From Octopus sinensis (taxonomy: Eukaryota), in NCBI RefSeq assembly GCF_006345805.1, contig NW_021831852.1:1-64000 (forward strand): DNA of 64,000 nt. The letters are read 5' to 3'. The notes beneath the pieces were generated by a model. It ran no database searches. It had not been told where the DNA came from and was given only the letters and a program-made list of their open reading frames with translations. Shown here in pieces: positions 13,009 through 25,500 of the stretch; positions within the stretch are counted from its first letter, which is position 1, and every line of letters begins with the position of its first letter. The translations under genes and the position numbers were made by a program.

Positions 13009-13746
13009 AAGACACGCAAACACACACACACACACACATGAAGAGAAGACAAACGCACGACTGCGATCTCATACTCACACAGCTTACACTTACATAAACA
13101 CTAACATAAACACTAACACCACAATTCGTTCACACGTGACTAAACATGACTCCTTTTAAGGGTCAAACTGTAATGAATGTTTCCGTTATTTCATATATAA
13201 TTTTGCTTAATATCTTTTTTACTTGATTTATTCTTACCAATTCTAGGTGTGGCTGGTGGACAATGGTACGACGACACAGGTGGCGGAAGTAATCTCTTAT
13301 GTCTACCTAACGACCCCATTTGGGCCAATTATACTACAAAAGTTGAAGAAGGTGGTCACATTTATGGCAGTGAATATCAACTACAGGATTACGACACCAA
13401 TACCATCTTTTCTTTTGCTAACGCTAAATCACTTCATGATCACAACGTTCCGTGCGCTGTCTGTTTGACACGACAACCTGCTGTTGTTATGACGTTACCA
13501 GCCAGAACACAGTGTTACCCTGGTTGGACAGCTGAGTATTCGGGATATTTGATGTCCAGTCTTCACGCAGAAAAAGGCAGACTAGAATATGTGTGTGTGG
13601 ACTATGCACCAGAAGCTGATCCAGCTGGTTACAGAAACGAAAATGGAGCTGTATTATATTTCGTTCAGGCTGCTTGTGGTTCATGGCCATGTCCACCGTA
13701 TGTCCATGGTCAAGAATTAACCTGTGTTGTATGCAGTAAATATTGA
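1792..13746 (+). CDS. Copy A: 4-exon gene (1792-1935, 8628-8678, 11538-11612, 13247-13746) for a membrane-anchored or secreted short-chain-collagen-C4/NC1-like protein; 1-nt deletion in exon 2 as assembled
   Basis: ATG at 1792 reads [48 protein letters not shown] to donor GTAAGT at 1936 (phase 0). Exon 2 is bounded by ttttcacAG/GTAAGA, exon 3 by ttcacAG/GTTAGT ([24 protein letters not shown]), and exon 4 runs from ttctAG to VAGGQ...[10 protein letters not shown]...VCSKY-stop. Phases 0/1/1 join in frame with the 52-nt exon 2 of copies B and C; A has 51 nt (gataacct vs gataaacct). Confidence 0.8.
2416..2615 (-). mobile_element. SINE 3' fragment (gactgcggccatgct...gccgaaccgct...ggggacgtaaac); homologues ~19741-19945, ~32812-33010, ~50470-50680
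   Basis: Resembles an abundant octopus SINE-type repeat recalled from memory (not searched); present once per unit in intron 1. Confidence 0.55.
2985..7905. repeat. Near-identical tandem duplication of ~2.45-2.47 kb inside intron 1 of copy A
   Basis: Identical ORF-track peptides offset by 2449-2472 nt (3168/5617, 3683/6155, 4905/7377); junctions lie in (TA)n tracts. Confidence 0.92.
3905..4181 (-). mobile_element. Same tRNA-derived SINE, inverted in copy A (duplicate at 6377-6653)
   Basis: Reverse complement of 20969-21245; the A box and B box read on the minus strand. Confidence 0.75.
7954..8560 (-). mobile_element. Helitron remnant (3' terminus plus RepHel N-terminal fragment); homologues start at 22621, 38313, 53400
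   Basis: Minus-strand translation gives [23 protein letters not shown] and [19 protein letters not shown] (Helitron RepHel N-region). Terminus in B-D is hairpin cccggc-att-gctggg next to CTAG|T on the minus strand (CTTG in A). Confidence 0.8.
8628..8678 (+). CDS. Copy A exon 2 (stalk; consensus [17 protein letters not shown])
   Basis: Polypyrimidine tract plus CAG acceptor and GTAAGA donor; homologous 52-nt exons at 23281-23332 and 39012-39063 supply the required phase 0 to phase 1 switch. Confidence 0.7.
8910..10545 (-). mobile_element. Decayed RTE-clade LINE (APE plus RT fragments) in intron 2; homologues ~23851-25660, ~39297-41170, ~54378-55500
   Basis: Minus-strand pieces read W..G..I.IF..GD.KVCSNYR (RT), LKSGKAAG...L..L.T.GIL (pre-RT), YFGSLFTND (late RT) and VYAAN...GDFSAHLG (APE, ORF 40800-41123); many stops and frameshifts. 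Confidence 0.8.
10770..11045 (+). mobile_element. Plus-strand RTE APE fragment unique to copy A
   Basis: ORF 10770-10997 IIGVSSRK...GWKLHRAGV...AQAEVG matches the APE start; it is the reverse complement of sequence at ~25540-25670 in B. Confidence 0.65.
11538..11612 (+). CDS. Copy A exon 3 (start of NC1-like domain, [10 protein letters not shown] motif)
   Basis: 75 nt, phase 1-1, AG/GT boundaries; the YxRWGRxxCP motif is typical of the start of this domain family. Confidence 0.85.
13247..13746 (+). CDS. Copy A exon 4 (main NC1-like domain, intact)
   Basis: ORF 13249-13746; motifs [72 protein letters not shown]. Confidence 0.92.
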
Positions 13747-13857
13747 ATATAAATTAAATTCGGTTCCATATGAAAATATCTCTGTGAATTTCAATATATA
13801 ACATAAAATTTTCAATTTTGTTACCTAATATTTTCTTTAAAGTATGTCTATCGTTAC

Positions 13858-13863
13858 AATAAA
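13858..13863 (+). terminator. Candidate polyadenylation signal AATAAA of copy A (homologue 45034-45039 in C; AATAAA 29510-29515 in B)
   Basis: Canonical hexamer ~60-110 nt after each stop codon; the AT-rich context makes chance matches possible. Confidence 0.4.
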
Positions 13864-15507
13864 CTGTTGTACTAGTTTACAGAAGATATTCAAACAATAC
13901 AAAAGAGGCGACGTAGAATGCCAGAAATATCCTCAAAAACAAGAAAAATCTAAATCTGTCGGAATGATTCTAGAAAACATTTTGTAAGATTTCAGTTTAT
14001 CAAACTTATCGTTGAAATAAAATGTTATTTTGTTTAACAGTATTTTGTCTTCTGTCTCATGATTCAACAAAACCCCAAATAAAGTACCACCATAGAATTA
14101 TATCAGCTTTTCATCTAATACTCGACGCTACTATCTCAGACATCTTGCTTTTGAAATTACAACTCGGAATCTGACAATGACAAAGAACCACCACATTATT
14201 TAACTCAGAAAACACATGATCGCTTCAAAAACAACAACCAATTACTTCTACACAAACCATTTTATTTGCCTTTATTAATCAGGGAAGCTTTCCGTTCCAT
14301 TCTTACCTCATAACTTATAACCTAAATCTAAATCACAACCTTCCCACCTCTCCACAAATTATGACAAAATGAAACTCTAAGCTCACAACATACACATCAT
14401 ACACTAAACGCTGATATACAAGAATGAGAAAGGAAATCAACCAGAAAAATTGTCTCATTTCAGCAGCAGAGAACATCAAATACGACGATTTCTTTCACTC
14501 ATCTACGTAAACATACCAGAACCGAAGAAAGGATGGATCCTAGAAGCTGAATACATTTCATGCGAAACGAATACAACACCCATAAAAGTGAGAGTAAAGA
14601 GAGCAAATATAGTCAGGGCAAGCACGGATGCTGTGTGTAAGAAGGCTGAGATGTTGTGACCGTCACGTTATATCCAATAGGATTCATGACAGTATGTTGG
14701 AGTGTGTCGAATATTTGTTAGATAAACGAAGGGTTCGGTTAACAACATCAAGCTGCAATAAAGATTAAAGATTATTAATGTTTACTATCCCACTATTATT
14801 AGTCTGATGGGTAAATCTGCATTCGCTTCTCTAGATTACAAATATTTTCTTGGTTGTAAATCGTAAACAATTGCAGAGAATACGGACGCTGGTAGATCTT
14901 CAAATTCATCTTTTTATTCAGCGGCATAATTAGACAGTTAAAACGACCGCCATGTGTTTAAGCTGTACAGAGCATGCGCAGCTAAATAAGCAACCCGCCA
15001 TTACAATAGGAAAAATTATGGGGCTTTGTTGAAATCTGACATGGCTGTAAGATTTATTTTGTAGCTTATTTCAAATTAATATTAATTCGAGGGCCAAACA
15101 GAGAGTGTTACACACACACACACACACACGCACACACACACACACACATACACACACACATATATATATATTAAATTAGGTCAAACTATATCTGAGGGGT
15201 CTACTATGCTTCATCTAAGAATATTTAATCATAACTGTAGAATTCCGTCGTACATATGCAGTCCATACGGAAGGTGCACTTGCGAATTGAGTTTCAAATG
15301 GGAGACACTGTACCTGTATGTTTTGCTATGATTTATAAAACAAGAAGAAAAATATTCAAAGCTAGTGACAATGACTAGCTAAAAATATGTATGAATGTCA
15401 TTCTTCGGTTTTAATAGAATATTTCTGGCCAACAGAAAGAGAGACGGCTTCTAACTTAGTTCCAAGTATCTTTCATTGGAATTTCAACAACATGAACAGG
15501 ATATTTT

Positions 15508-15984
15508 TGTATGTATGTATGTATGCATGTATGCATGTATGTATGTATGTATGTATGTATGTATGTATGTATGTATGTATGCATGTATGTATGTATGTAT
15601 GTATGTATGTATGTATGTATGTATGCATGTATGCATGTATGTATGTATGTATGTATGTATGTATGTATGTATGTATGTATGCATGTATGTATGTATGCAT
15701 GTATGCATGTATGTATGTATGTATGTATGCATGTATGTATATATGTATGTATGCATGTATGCATGTATGTATGCAAGTATTTATGTATGTATGTATGTAT
15801 GTAAGTAAGTATGTATGTATGTATGCATGTATGTATGTATGTATGTATGTATGCATGTATGTATGCATGTATGCATGCATGAATGTATGCATGTATGTAT
15901 GTATGCATGTATGTATGTATGTATGCATGTATGTAAGTTTGTATGTATGTATGTATGTATGCATGTATGTATGTATGTATGTAT
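15508..15984. repeat. (TATG)n/(TATGCATG) microsatellite; similar tracts at 1-92, 647-900, 46858-47069, 47626-48052, 60435-61282, 61829-62265
   Basis: Direct reading of the sequence. Confidence 0.95.
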
Positions 15985-16539
15985 GTCAGGTCACTTTCGA
16001 GTGCTACTGGTAACATGTAACCCAGTACAACCTGTTGCATTGTCGGGTCGTCGGCGACTAAACCGGCAACGCAACCAAGCTTGCTTGGTGAAGAGGGTGT
16101 TTATTGGACATCCTGCCGGATGAAAAACAAAACCCGTCAAAGAGCGGAGGAATTCTTGAGAGTCAACGGCCATCCAATATATGTCTTAAGGCTGTATCAT
16201 GCGCGGGGACATAGAAATAATCGGACTGAATACCCGATCATGCGGTTAAACCACAGGGAGTGAAGGACTCCTAGCCTTTGTTAGGGCAACCTTCTAGGAG
16301 AGGGTAACTCAGGTAACTGGGATAACTCCGACATAAAACCTGCGGCTCAGTGGTTACCAATGATGTTGACTTATTCTTCTTTTCGGATTATGGCTGCTGT
16401 TGATTAGTGACTGGGATTGACTCAGTGCACATCCTTTCCTCGCTTTAAAAAAATCTTCATGCACAGGCATTGCACAATAACAACATTGATTAAGCACCGA
16501 GCAATGGTCATGCTCGATAATGAGGGGGCAGCCACCAAG
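15985..16539 (+). mobile_element. Second copy of the ~555-bp element (start of unit B)
   Basis: Colinear with 93-646 and flanked by (TATG)n on both sides. Confidence 0.45.
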
Positions 16540-18210
16540 TATGAATGTATGTATGTATGTATATATGGATGTGAGTATGTATGTATATATGTATGTATGT
16601 ATGTGTATATATGTCTATCGATATATAGATGCTTACATTCATATCTACATGCGTGCATACATGTGTGCATACATACATATAAGTATACATATATGCATGC
16701 ATGTATGTATGTATGTATGAAAGTATGTATGTATGTATGTGTGTGTGTATGTGTGTATGTTTGTATGTATGTATGTGTGTATGTATGTACATATGTGTGT
16801 ATGTATGTATGTGTATATGTATGTATGGGGGTATGTATGTATGTATGTATATATATGTAAGCATGTGTGTATGTATGTGTTTATGTAAGTATGTGTGTAT
16901 GTAAGAGTCTATGTATGTATATATGTATGTATGGGGGTATGTATGTATGTATGTAAGTATGTGTGTATGTATGTGTGTATGTATGTATGTATGTTTGTAT
17001 GTATGTGTGTATGTATGTGTGTATGTATGTATATATGTGTGTGTATGTATGTATATATGTATGGGGGTATGTATGTATGTATGTATGTATGTATGGGTGT
17101 ATGTATGTATGTATGTATATATGTATGTATGTATGTGAGTGTATATGACTGCATGTATGTATGTATGGGGGAATGTATGTATATATATATGTAAGTATGT
17201 GTGTATGTATGCATGTATGTATGTTTCTATGTATGTAGTTTGTATGTATGTATGTATGTATGTTTGTATGTATGTATGTATGTTTGTATTTATGTATGCT
17301 TGTATGTATGTATGTGTGTATATATGTGTGTGTGTATGTATTTATGGGGGTATATATGTATGTATGTGTGTGTATGTATGTATGTGTGTATATATGTGTG
17401 TATGTATGAGTGTATGTATATATGAATGTATGGGGGTATGTATGTATGTATATACGTATGTACGTACGTGAGTGTGTATGTATGCATGTATGTATGTATT
17501 GGGGTATGTATGTATGTATGTATATATGTGTGTGTGTGTATGTATTTATGGGGGTATATATATATGTATGTGTGTATGTAAGTATGTGTGTATATATGTG
17601 GTATGTATGAGTGTATGTATATATGAATGTATGGGGGTATGTATGTATGTATGTATATACGTATGTACGTACGTGAGTGTGTATGTATGCATGTATGTAT
17701 GTATTGGGGTATGTATGTATGTATGTATGTAAACATGTAAGTATCTGTGTATGTATGTGTGTATGGTTGTATGTATGTGTGCATGTATGTATGTATGTGT
17801 ATGTATGTATGTATGTATGTATGTGTGTGTGTGTATGTATGTATGTATGTTTGTATGTATGTATGTGTGTATGTATGTATGTATATATGTGTGTGTGTGT
17901 ATTTATGGGGGTATATATGTATGTATGTGTGTATGTAAGTATGTGTGTATATATGTGGTATGTATGAGTGTATGTATGTATATATGAATGTATGGGGGTA
18001 TGTATGTATGTATATAAGTATGTACGTACGTGAGTGTGTATGTATGCATGTATGTATGTATTGGGGTATGTATTTATGTAGGTATATATGTAAGTATCTG
18101 TGTATGTATGTGTGTATGTATGTGTGTATGTATGTATGTATGTGAGCATGTATGTATGTATGTATGTTTGTAAGTATACCTGTACGTATGTATGCATGTA
18201 TATATATATG
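16540..18210. repeat. Expanded (TATG)n-derived satellite with higher-order repeats
   Basis: Marker tacgtacgtgag at 17461, 17666 and 18023; marker tttatgggggtatatat at ~17341, ~17544 and ~17901. Confidence 0.85.
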
Positions 18211-19085
18211 TATGGGTGGGTGGGAATTGGTAGGTTTTGATTTTGATATTCCCATAAAACTTTTCTAATCCGATTAACGCTTGTTGTGAAGAATCCAATC
18301 CGAACAGCGGACTTCATTAGATTAAGTCTTGCGATTACTGTGTGGGTTGAACGAAATACTTCCCACTCTGGATATTAAAACAGTGTGTGAGTGTATGTAT
18401 GTGTGTGTGTGAGTGTGTGTGTGTTTGTCAGTGTGTGTGTGATGAGAGGGGGCTGTCAGTGTGTGTGTGTGTGTGTTAGTGTGTGTGTGTTCTTTTGTGT
18501 ATGTGTGTGCGTGAGTGTGTGTGTGTGTGTGTATGCCAATGTATGTGTGTTTGTCAGTGTGTGCGTCTATGTGTCAGTGTGTGTCTGTGTGTTTGTTAGT
18601 TTGTGTGTGTGTGTCAGTGTTTGTTGGTGTGTGTGTGTGTGTTTCAGTGTGTGTGTGTGTGTCTGTGTATTTGTCGGTTGAACGAAATACTTCCCACACT
18701 GAATATTAAACAGTTTCCCAATGATAACAAATAAAAATTAATTAACAACATTAGTAAATAAATATATCATAATATATCCAGAAACAGGAATCATTTCACT
18801 TTACACGTGTCTCTCATTCATCAAAATATTTTGCTAATTATTGTGTGACAATATCAAACCATCTCTTTCCAATAATTAAACCTGTCAGACAATTTCACAC
18901 CCGCTTTTACAGTTCCACCATCGCATTGGTTCATAAATTTACGATAAGATCTCTGCCAGAGCTGGGTTGTTGTGCGCTCAATAAATACGTGGAATTCAGT
19001 TACAGGTCTTCAGCTTAAACCTCGCATCTCGATCTTTTGTTGAAGCCACACGAAGTATCACGTACGACCGACAACTGTCACCAGA

Positions 19086-20148
19086 ATGGATTTCGCACAA
19101 CTGTCCAGGAATATTTCGCAGCGTTATTCCATTTTTCTCTCATAGCTTTTGGGGTTCTTCTCGTTCTGACGATCGTGATTCTTCATCAAGATTCAAGAAT
19201 AGGAAAAATGGAAGAGAAATCGAAAACGGTAAGTCATGGATTTTGTGTTAATATATGTATGTCTTTATGTATATATATATGCATGTATGTATGTATGCAT
19301 TTACGTATGTATGTATTAATATGTGGATGTATGTACGTACGGATGGATGGATGGATGTAAGGATGTATGCATGAATCACGTACATATGTCCATATGGAGC
19401 ACACACACACACATAAGATCACACACGTAATCACACACGAACGCACAGGCGCACACAACTAAACATACATATATATATACATATACATATATTTGTATAT
19501 ATAATATACATATTATGTATATATAAATATACATATATATGAATATATTAGTGCGTGAACATATATAGATATATATATACAAACAAATATATGCGTGTGT
19601 GTGTATCTATCACTGTATCTCTCAGTCTATCTCTCTCTCTCTCTCTCTATTTATCTATATATATGTATATATGCATGTGTGTGTGTGTGTTTGTGTGTGT
19701 GTTGTGTGTGTGTGTGTGTGTGTGTTTGTATATAAATATATTCTTTTAACCGTTTCAGTCATTTGACTGCGGCCATGCTAGAGCACTGCGTTTAGTAGGA
19801 CAAATCGACTTCAGGATTATTCTTTGTAAGCCTATCGCTCATTCTATCGGTATCTCTAGCCGAACCGCTATGTAACGGGGACGTAAACACACCGACATCA
19901 GTTAAGAATCGGAAGTGGTGCGACAATATCAGACACATACATAAAAAATAGATACATACACACTATGTGTGCTATACACACACACATACATCTATATATA
20001 TATACATATATACATATCATATATACATACACACATATATAGTTACGTATGTATGTACATACATATCTACCTATCAATCTATTTATCTACATATGTATGT
20101 ATCTATCTATCTATATATATATATATTGTACATATATATATATATATA

Positions 20149-20219
<71 letters not shown>

Positions 20220-22539
20220 GTATATATGTATATATGTATATATACATATACACACATCCCAAGGAAACACAAAGAAGAGTGGAATTGTACTCCTGTCCGA
20301 TCGCTCTTTCACCAGACATAATCCTGGAGAGGGAAATAAGTGCGTAATGAAAAAAATCTAATGGTGGGGTTCCAGCATGGCCATGCCCTGTCGCTGCAAC
20401 GTTTAGCCCTATTAATATTAGTGTTAAGTATTATATCTAGATGTACACTTACACACACGCACAGAAACGAACACATACAAACACACACACACACACACAT
20501 AGGAATACGTACATATTTACACACATTTATCTATTTCTCTCCATCAGGAACGGAAGTGAGGCGAGTTTTTTTTAATCTTTTCTTTCCAACTGAAAATAAA
20601 ACGTGCGAGTGCCAATGTAGATCGGTGAATTTCGTAACGTTTGACTGTAATTCACGTTGGTTTTTATATATGACAATATGTAAGAACGAATGTAAATACA
20701 TACACACAGACACACGGACAAACACACGCACAAATAAACACAACACACACACATACGCACGCACACAGACACACGTGCTCAATTGTACACGAACAATCAC
20801 ACTATACAGTGTATGTCCACTCACATATATGTGTGCGTTTGTGTGTGTGTGTATGCGTATAAGTAGATACGTATATTTGTGATATTTATGGTGTGTATGC
20901 TTCAGTGTACGTGCATACGTATATATCGATATGTATTTATATATGTGTGATGTGTTGTGTCTGTGGGTGGAGGCGCAGTGGCCCAGTGGTTCGGGCAGCG
21001 GACTCATGGTTGTAGGATCTCGGTTCCGATTCCCAGATTGGGCGTTGTTAGTGTTTAATGCTCCACGAGGCTCAGGGAGTGGGTTGTGTTGATCTCTGCT
21101 GTACTCTTTCGCTACAACTTCTCCCTTTCTTCTGTTGGCCTGCTCGCTTAACCAGCGGGGTGGCGTCATTTGAAGGCTAAAACAACGCGAAGCGCATTGT
21201 GACCAGCGATATGTAGCAACAACTGGTCTGTGACGGTGATCACGGAGATATATGCATCATACGCACACAATACACACACACACACATACACACATACATA
21301 CACACACCAACACAGATGTCCACATATACCTTTAACGAACAATACTCATACAGATACGCACACACTTATACACACATGGGCACAGACACACACGCACATA
21401 CACGTACTTAAGCGCACACACGCACGCACGTTACTCCCACACAACTCCAGAAAAACCCAAAACACACACGCATGCACAAATTCAGATACACACCACCGAT
21501 ACATATACACACACAATATATGCCTACACGCACACACATACACATCCGTATACACATATAGACAGAGACACACACACACACGCACGTAAAAACATGCGCA
21601 CGCACATACGCACGTACACACGCACATTAATGCACACCCAGAAAAACTCACAACCCCACGGATACACGCATATACACCCAAATACGCTTACACACACACA
21701 TACAAACGTACACGTACATGCACTCACGCACATACGAGACGCACGCACATACATACACACACACACGAAAGAACCCACACATACATCCCATACACACGGT
21801 ACACAATAATACATACACGCGCACAATTATAAATACATGTACACACACATACGCACAGTTATTCGCTACAAACCCAAACTCTACGCATACACACACATAC
21901 ACACACATGAACACACACACACTACAAAACAAAACACACACGATACATATACATACACGCACACACACACACACATACTTCAAACTAGCAGTACCTACTA
22001 CTTCACCTGTGGTAGAGACAAAGGGAGCCACGCCCAATCCTTCTTCCTTGACCTTAACACTACTAACCTACAACACGCAAAGATTAACAGCCACAACCAC
22101 ACACACTTACACACGCACATGCACACACACACAACATTTGTCATCATTGCACACATACACACATACTCACATACACACGCGCACACGCAGACCTCCGCGC
22201 ACGCTCTTATCCACACTTACACACACACACACTCCTCTCCCTCTCTACCTCTCTCTTTCTTGAAAGATCTTTACTTCTCCCATTTCCTTCCGGTTATTCA
22301 AAATGCGCCCGCGTGTGTACCATTGGCGATTTTTTTGTCTTCCGCCTTCCCTCCTCTGGATCTTTCCTTCTCGTAAGTTTCCGACGAAGAGCTCCACCTG
22401 AAACGTTAAACCCTCCTTCTTTCCTTCTCTACTGAGCGTCCAGTAATACTATCTTTGTTCCACGTCCTCGCGTTGTTGTTTTTTGGGGGCTTTCTTGTTT
22501 GGATTAAATTTAACTATATATATACATGTGTGTAGATAT

Positions 22540-22572
<33 letters not shown>

Positions 22573-25500
22573 GTAGAAATATGTGTGTGTATATATTTTG
22601 TGTGTGTGGTGTGTGTGTGTACTAGCAGTCATACCCGGCATTGCAGGGGTTTAAAATGGCAAAGATGGTATATAATATTTCCAGTCATTTTGAAACAGGT
22701 GATATGGGAAAGTGCAACATTGACAAAAAAACATTTGTAGAGTAAATGCTGGGCTAATTCGACTAAGCAACATGCTAAGCGTCCGTTGGGTGTTGTTTCA
22801 GGCCCTAACCTGTCATGCAAAATTGGAGGTGGAGTTTGAGTGATTTTTGAACGCACCGAAAAGCTGTCAGTGGATATACTCTTCTTTGCAGCAGTGTGCG
22901 CTGTGTCTAACACGACCCATCATCGGAAATTTTGACACCTCACGTCGGGTTTGTTGTCCTACATCACTTATAGAGTAAGTTTGGAGGAACGGTGGTTGTT
23001 CATTCGCGGGTACCAGGGAACCAATGAGGGGATAGACTTGCCCTTGAACTTTCACGTCGGCGTAAATTCATGTTTATCTATCTTCTTAGATTCACCAAAC
23101 GATGTCATTTGAAATTCAGATTTTTATTGTCTGATATTGTTCAGAAAATCGTTCGACTCGATTGAAGCGCCTTCTAGAATATTCCTAAGGGGTTGAGATG
23201 GTAGTGTCTGCAATGATACCTGTCCGATAATAAATACACTGAAGTTCTATTTATATGATGCTATTTCTATTTTTTCACAGAACCGTTTCATCTCCAAGAA
23301 ATCTCTCGACGATAAACCTGATGATACGCCAAGTAAGAACTGATTTTATGGCTAAAGTCTTTTACCCGTGTCTCCTTAACTAATGATTTAAATTTTTACC
23401 AACTTTGAATTAGTTCCACATTACTATCCATATATCCACAATAATATAAACTCAGACACTTGCCTGAATTTATTTCAAAATATGTTCTACTTTACAAGAA
23501 TTCCCTAAATATAATGTTATTCTAATATACTATGCCATTTATTGTGTGTATATGAGTATATATATGAGCGTCGGCTGCGGGGTCATTCCGAAAAGCTCTA
23601 CCTGCGACGATTTCGTCTCAGTCGAAGGAGAGGAGCGTTCTCCGTCCGGGTTGCCGATCCGTGGAACAAGCTGCCAGAAGAGATGGTGAAGATGCCGACG
23701 ACCGCTTTGTTCAAAGCCTCCCTGGACCTCAAGTGGCCTGAACTCTTCACATGAACACCACCCTGTACTTAACTCCATGTCCCCCTACATGGCCTTGCTA
23801 TTTGCTTTTGAGCCAAATTTAATAAATAAAAAACAAATAAATAAAATATGCAGTGCAACGTCGAGAATTGTTTCGGCCCGCACGTTTCCTCTGAGGGAGC
23901 TCTTTGCCGAGTGTCCTAGTCGGCCGGTACATTCACTGTGAAAACATTAGAGTGCTCAGAGCGAGCCCACCGGCTTGCATACGAAAAGCATGAATGCCTT
24001 TCTCATCTGAGAATCAAATGCCCGAGCTGGCGCATCACTGCGTTTATATCTACAATTCAGCATTCTGTCAACTCTTGTGCTTCCAATCATTCGCGAATAG
24101 AGACCCGAAATAATGATGTTCCACTTTCCTACACAGTGCATATTTGTCAATCCTGCCTTGGTGTACTCGGCAGCCAACCCATTCAGTGCACGTTGTTGGT
24201 GACAATCAGACAAATTAGGTAGCAGCTTGTCGTCTACAAATAACAGTCGACCGATCACGTAGAGATGAATTGGGATACCTCTACCACAATGGCTGAGCAT
24301 ATTCAACCAGATCACAAAATAGAATGTGAGAAGGGGCATTAACAATGCACACTTCAACTAAGTGAAAACTTCTCGTTGAAAACTTTCCACTTTTACATAA
24401 ATACAATCATTTTAACATCCATATAATATTTTATGGCAACCAGTATTTGCGCAGTAAACTCACCTTCCTGGTAAACCATCCACACATCCCTCAGGGCACG
24501 TGATCATGTGCCTTTTCGTGGTTTACAGCGTATTCCTCTTGGAAATGCTTCAACGTTTGCTGGAAGATCTGTCTTTGAATGACTCTCTGGTCGGGTGTAC
24601 TGTGTCCCGGACAGTAACCTTTGGCGCGATAACTTCCCTACATATCTTTTCCTGAAATCTAGTTTAGACTTCTATAATTAGAACACACTCTTTGGTCTTT
24701 GTTTGAAAAAATTGTGATTGTCACCCCATATTACCATTGCCTTGGTGTTTTTCCAGAGGCCTCATCGACCTAGCGTACATGGGACACTCAGAGAATACCA
24801 TCTGTATTTATGGCTTCTAAAATATCAAACCGAACATGCTTTTCACAAGCAGTTTTATCACATTTAAGTGAGTTTAGCTCAAATAAGCGTTCAAACGAAG
24901 AAGAACCTACCGAAAAAATAAAAAATAATACATCACGAATGTATTTCGATATCCAACTTAATTTAGGAGGGACACTCTCAATTTGGATGCAAAAGTCTAC
25001 ACATTTTTGTTTCTGATCGCAGCATCCACGGCTTACCAATTTCCAGTGTTCGGCAGACTGTAGGAATTTTCAGGTTTTCAGACATTTAGGTAGTCAAAAC
25101 CGAACGTTCATCAAAGAGTGAAAGATGACTGAAATCTCTCAGAATTTCTATACCAGGTACCCTTATAAATATCCCTGTCTTAAAATAATATCCATACCAA
25201 AGAGATGAGAGTGTGTATCCTGCACAGAAGTCTACTATGACCTGTCCATTAAGTTCACTGACGACATTCCTTCCAATCAACCCTTCTCACGGTTATCAGT
25301 GCCAAGGTGTGCACTGAAGTCTCCTGGCAGGACAAATGACTTTACCCCACAATATATCTAAAGCTGAGGTGAATTTGCTTAGGAAGGATATGTATTTGAC
25401 CCCGCTGTTTGCTGCATATACTTACAGCAGCCACAGTGGTCCTTCATATTCAGCCTTAGCTTCAAGAGGTGAACCCTCACACCTAGTCGGTTTCACTCCA

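Noticed and set aside
14450-14659. 69-aa ORF repeated at 45763-45972
   Set aside because: Begins at TTG, conservation is explained by recent duplication, it is disrupted in D, and no family motif was recognised; the region may be an old TE relic but this could not be supported
20969-21045. tRNA gene
   Set aside because: A and B boxes are present but there is no cloverleaf or acceptor stem, and it continues into a SINE body
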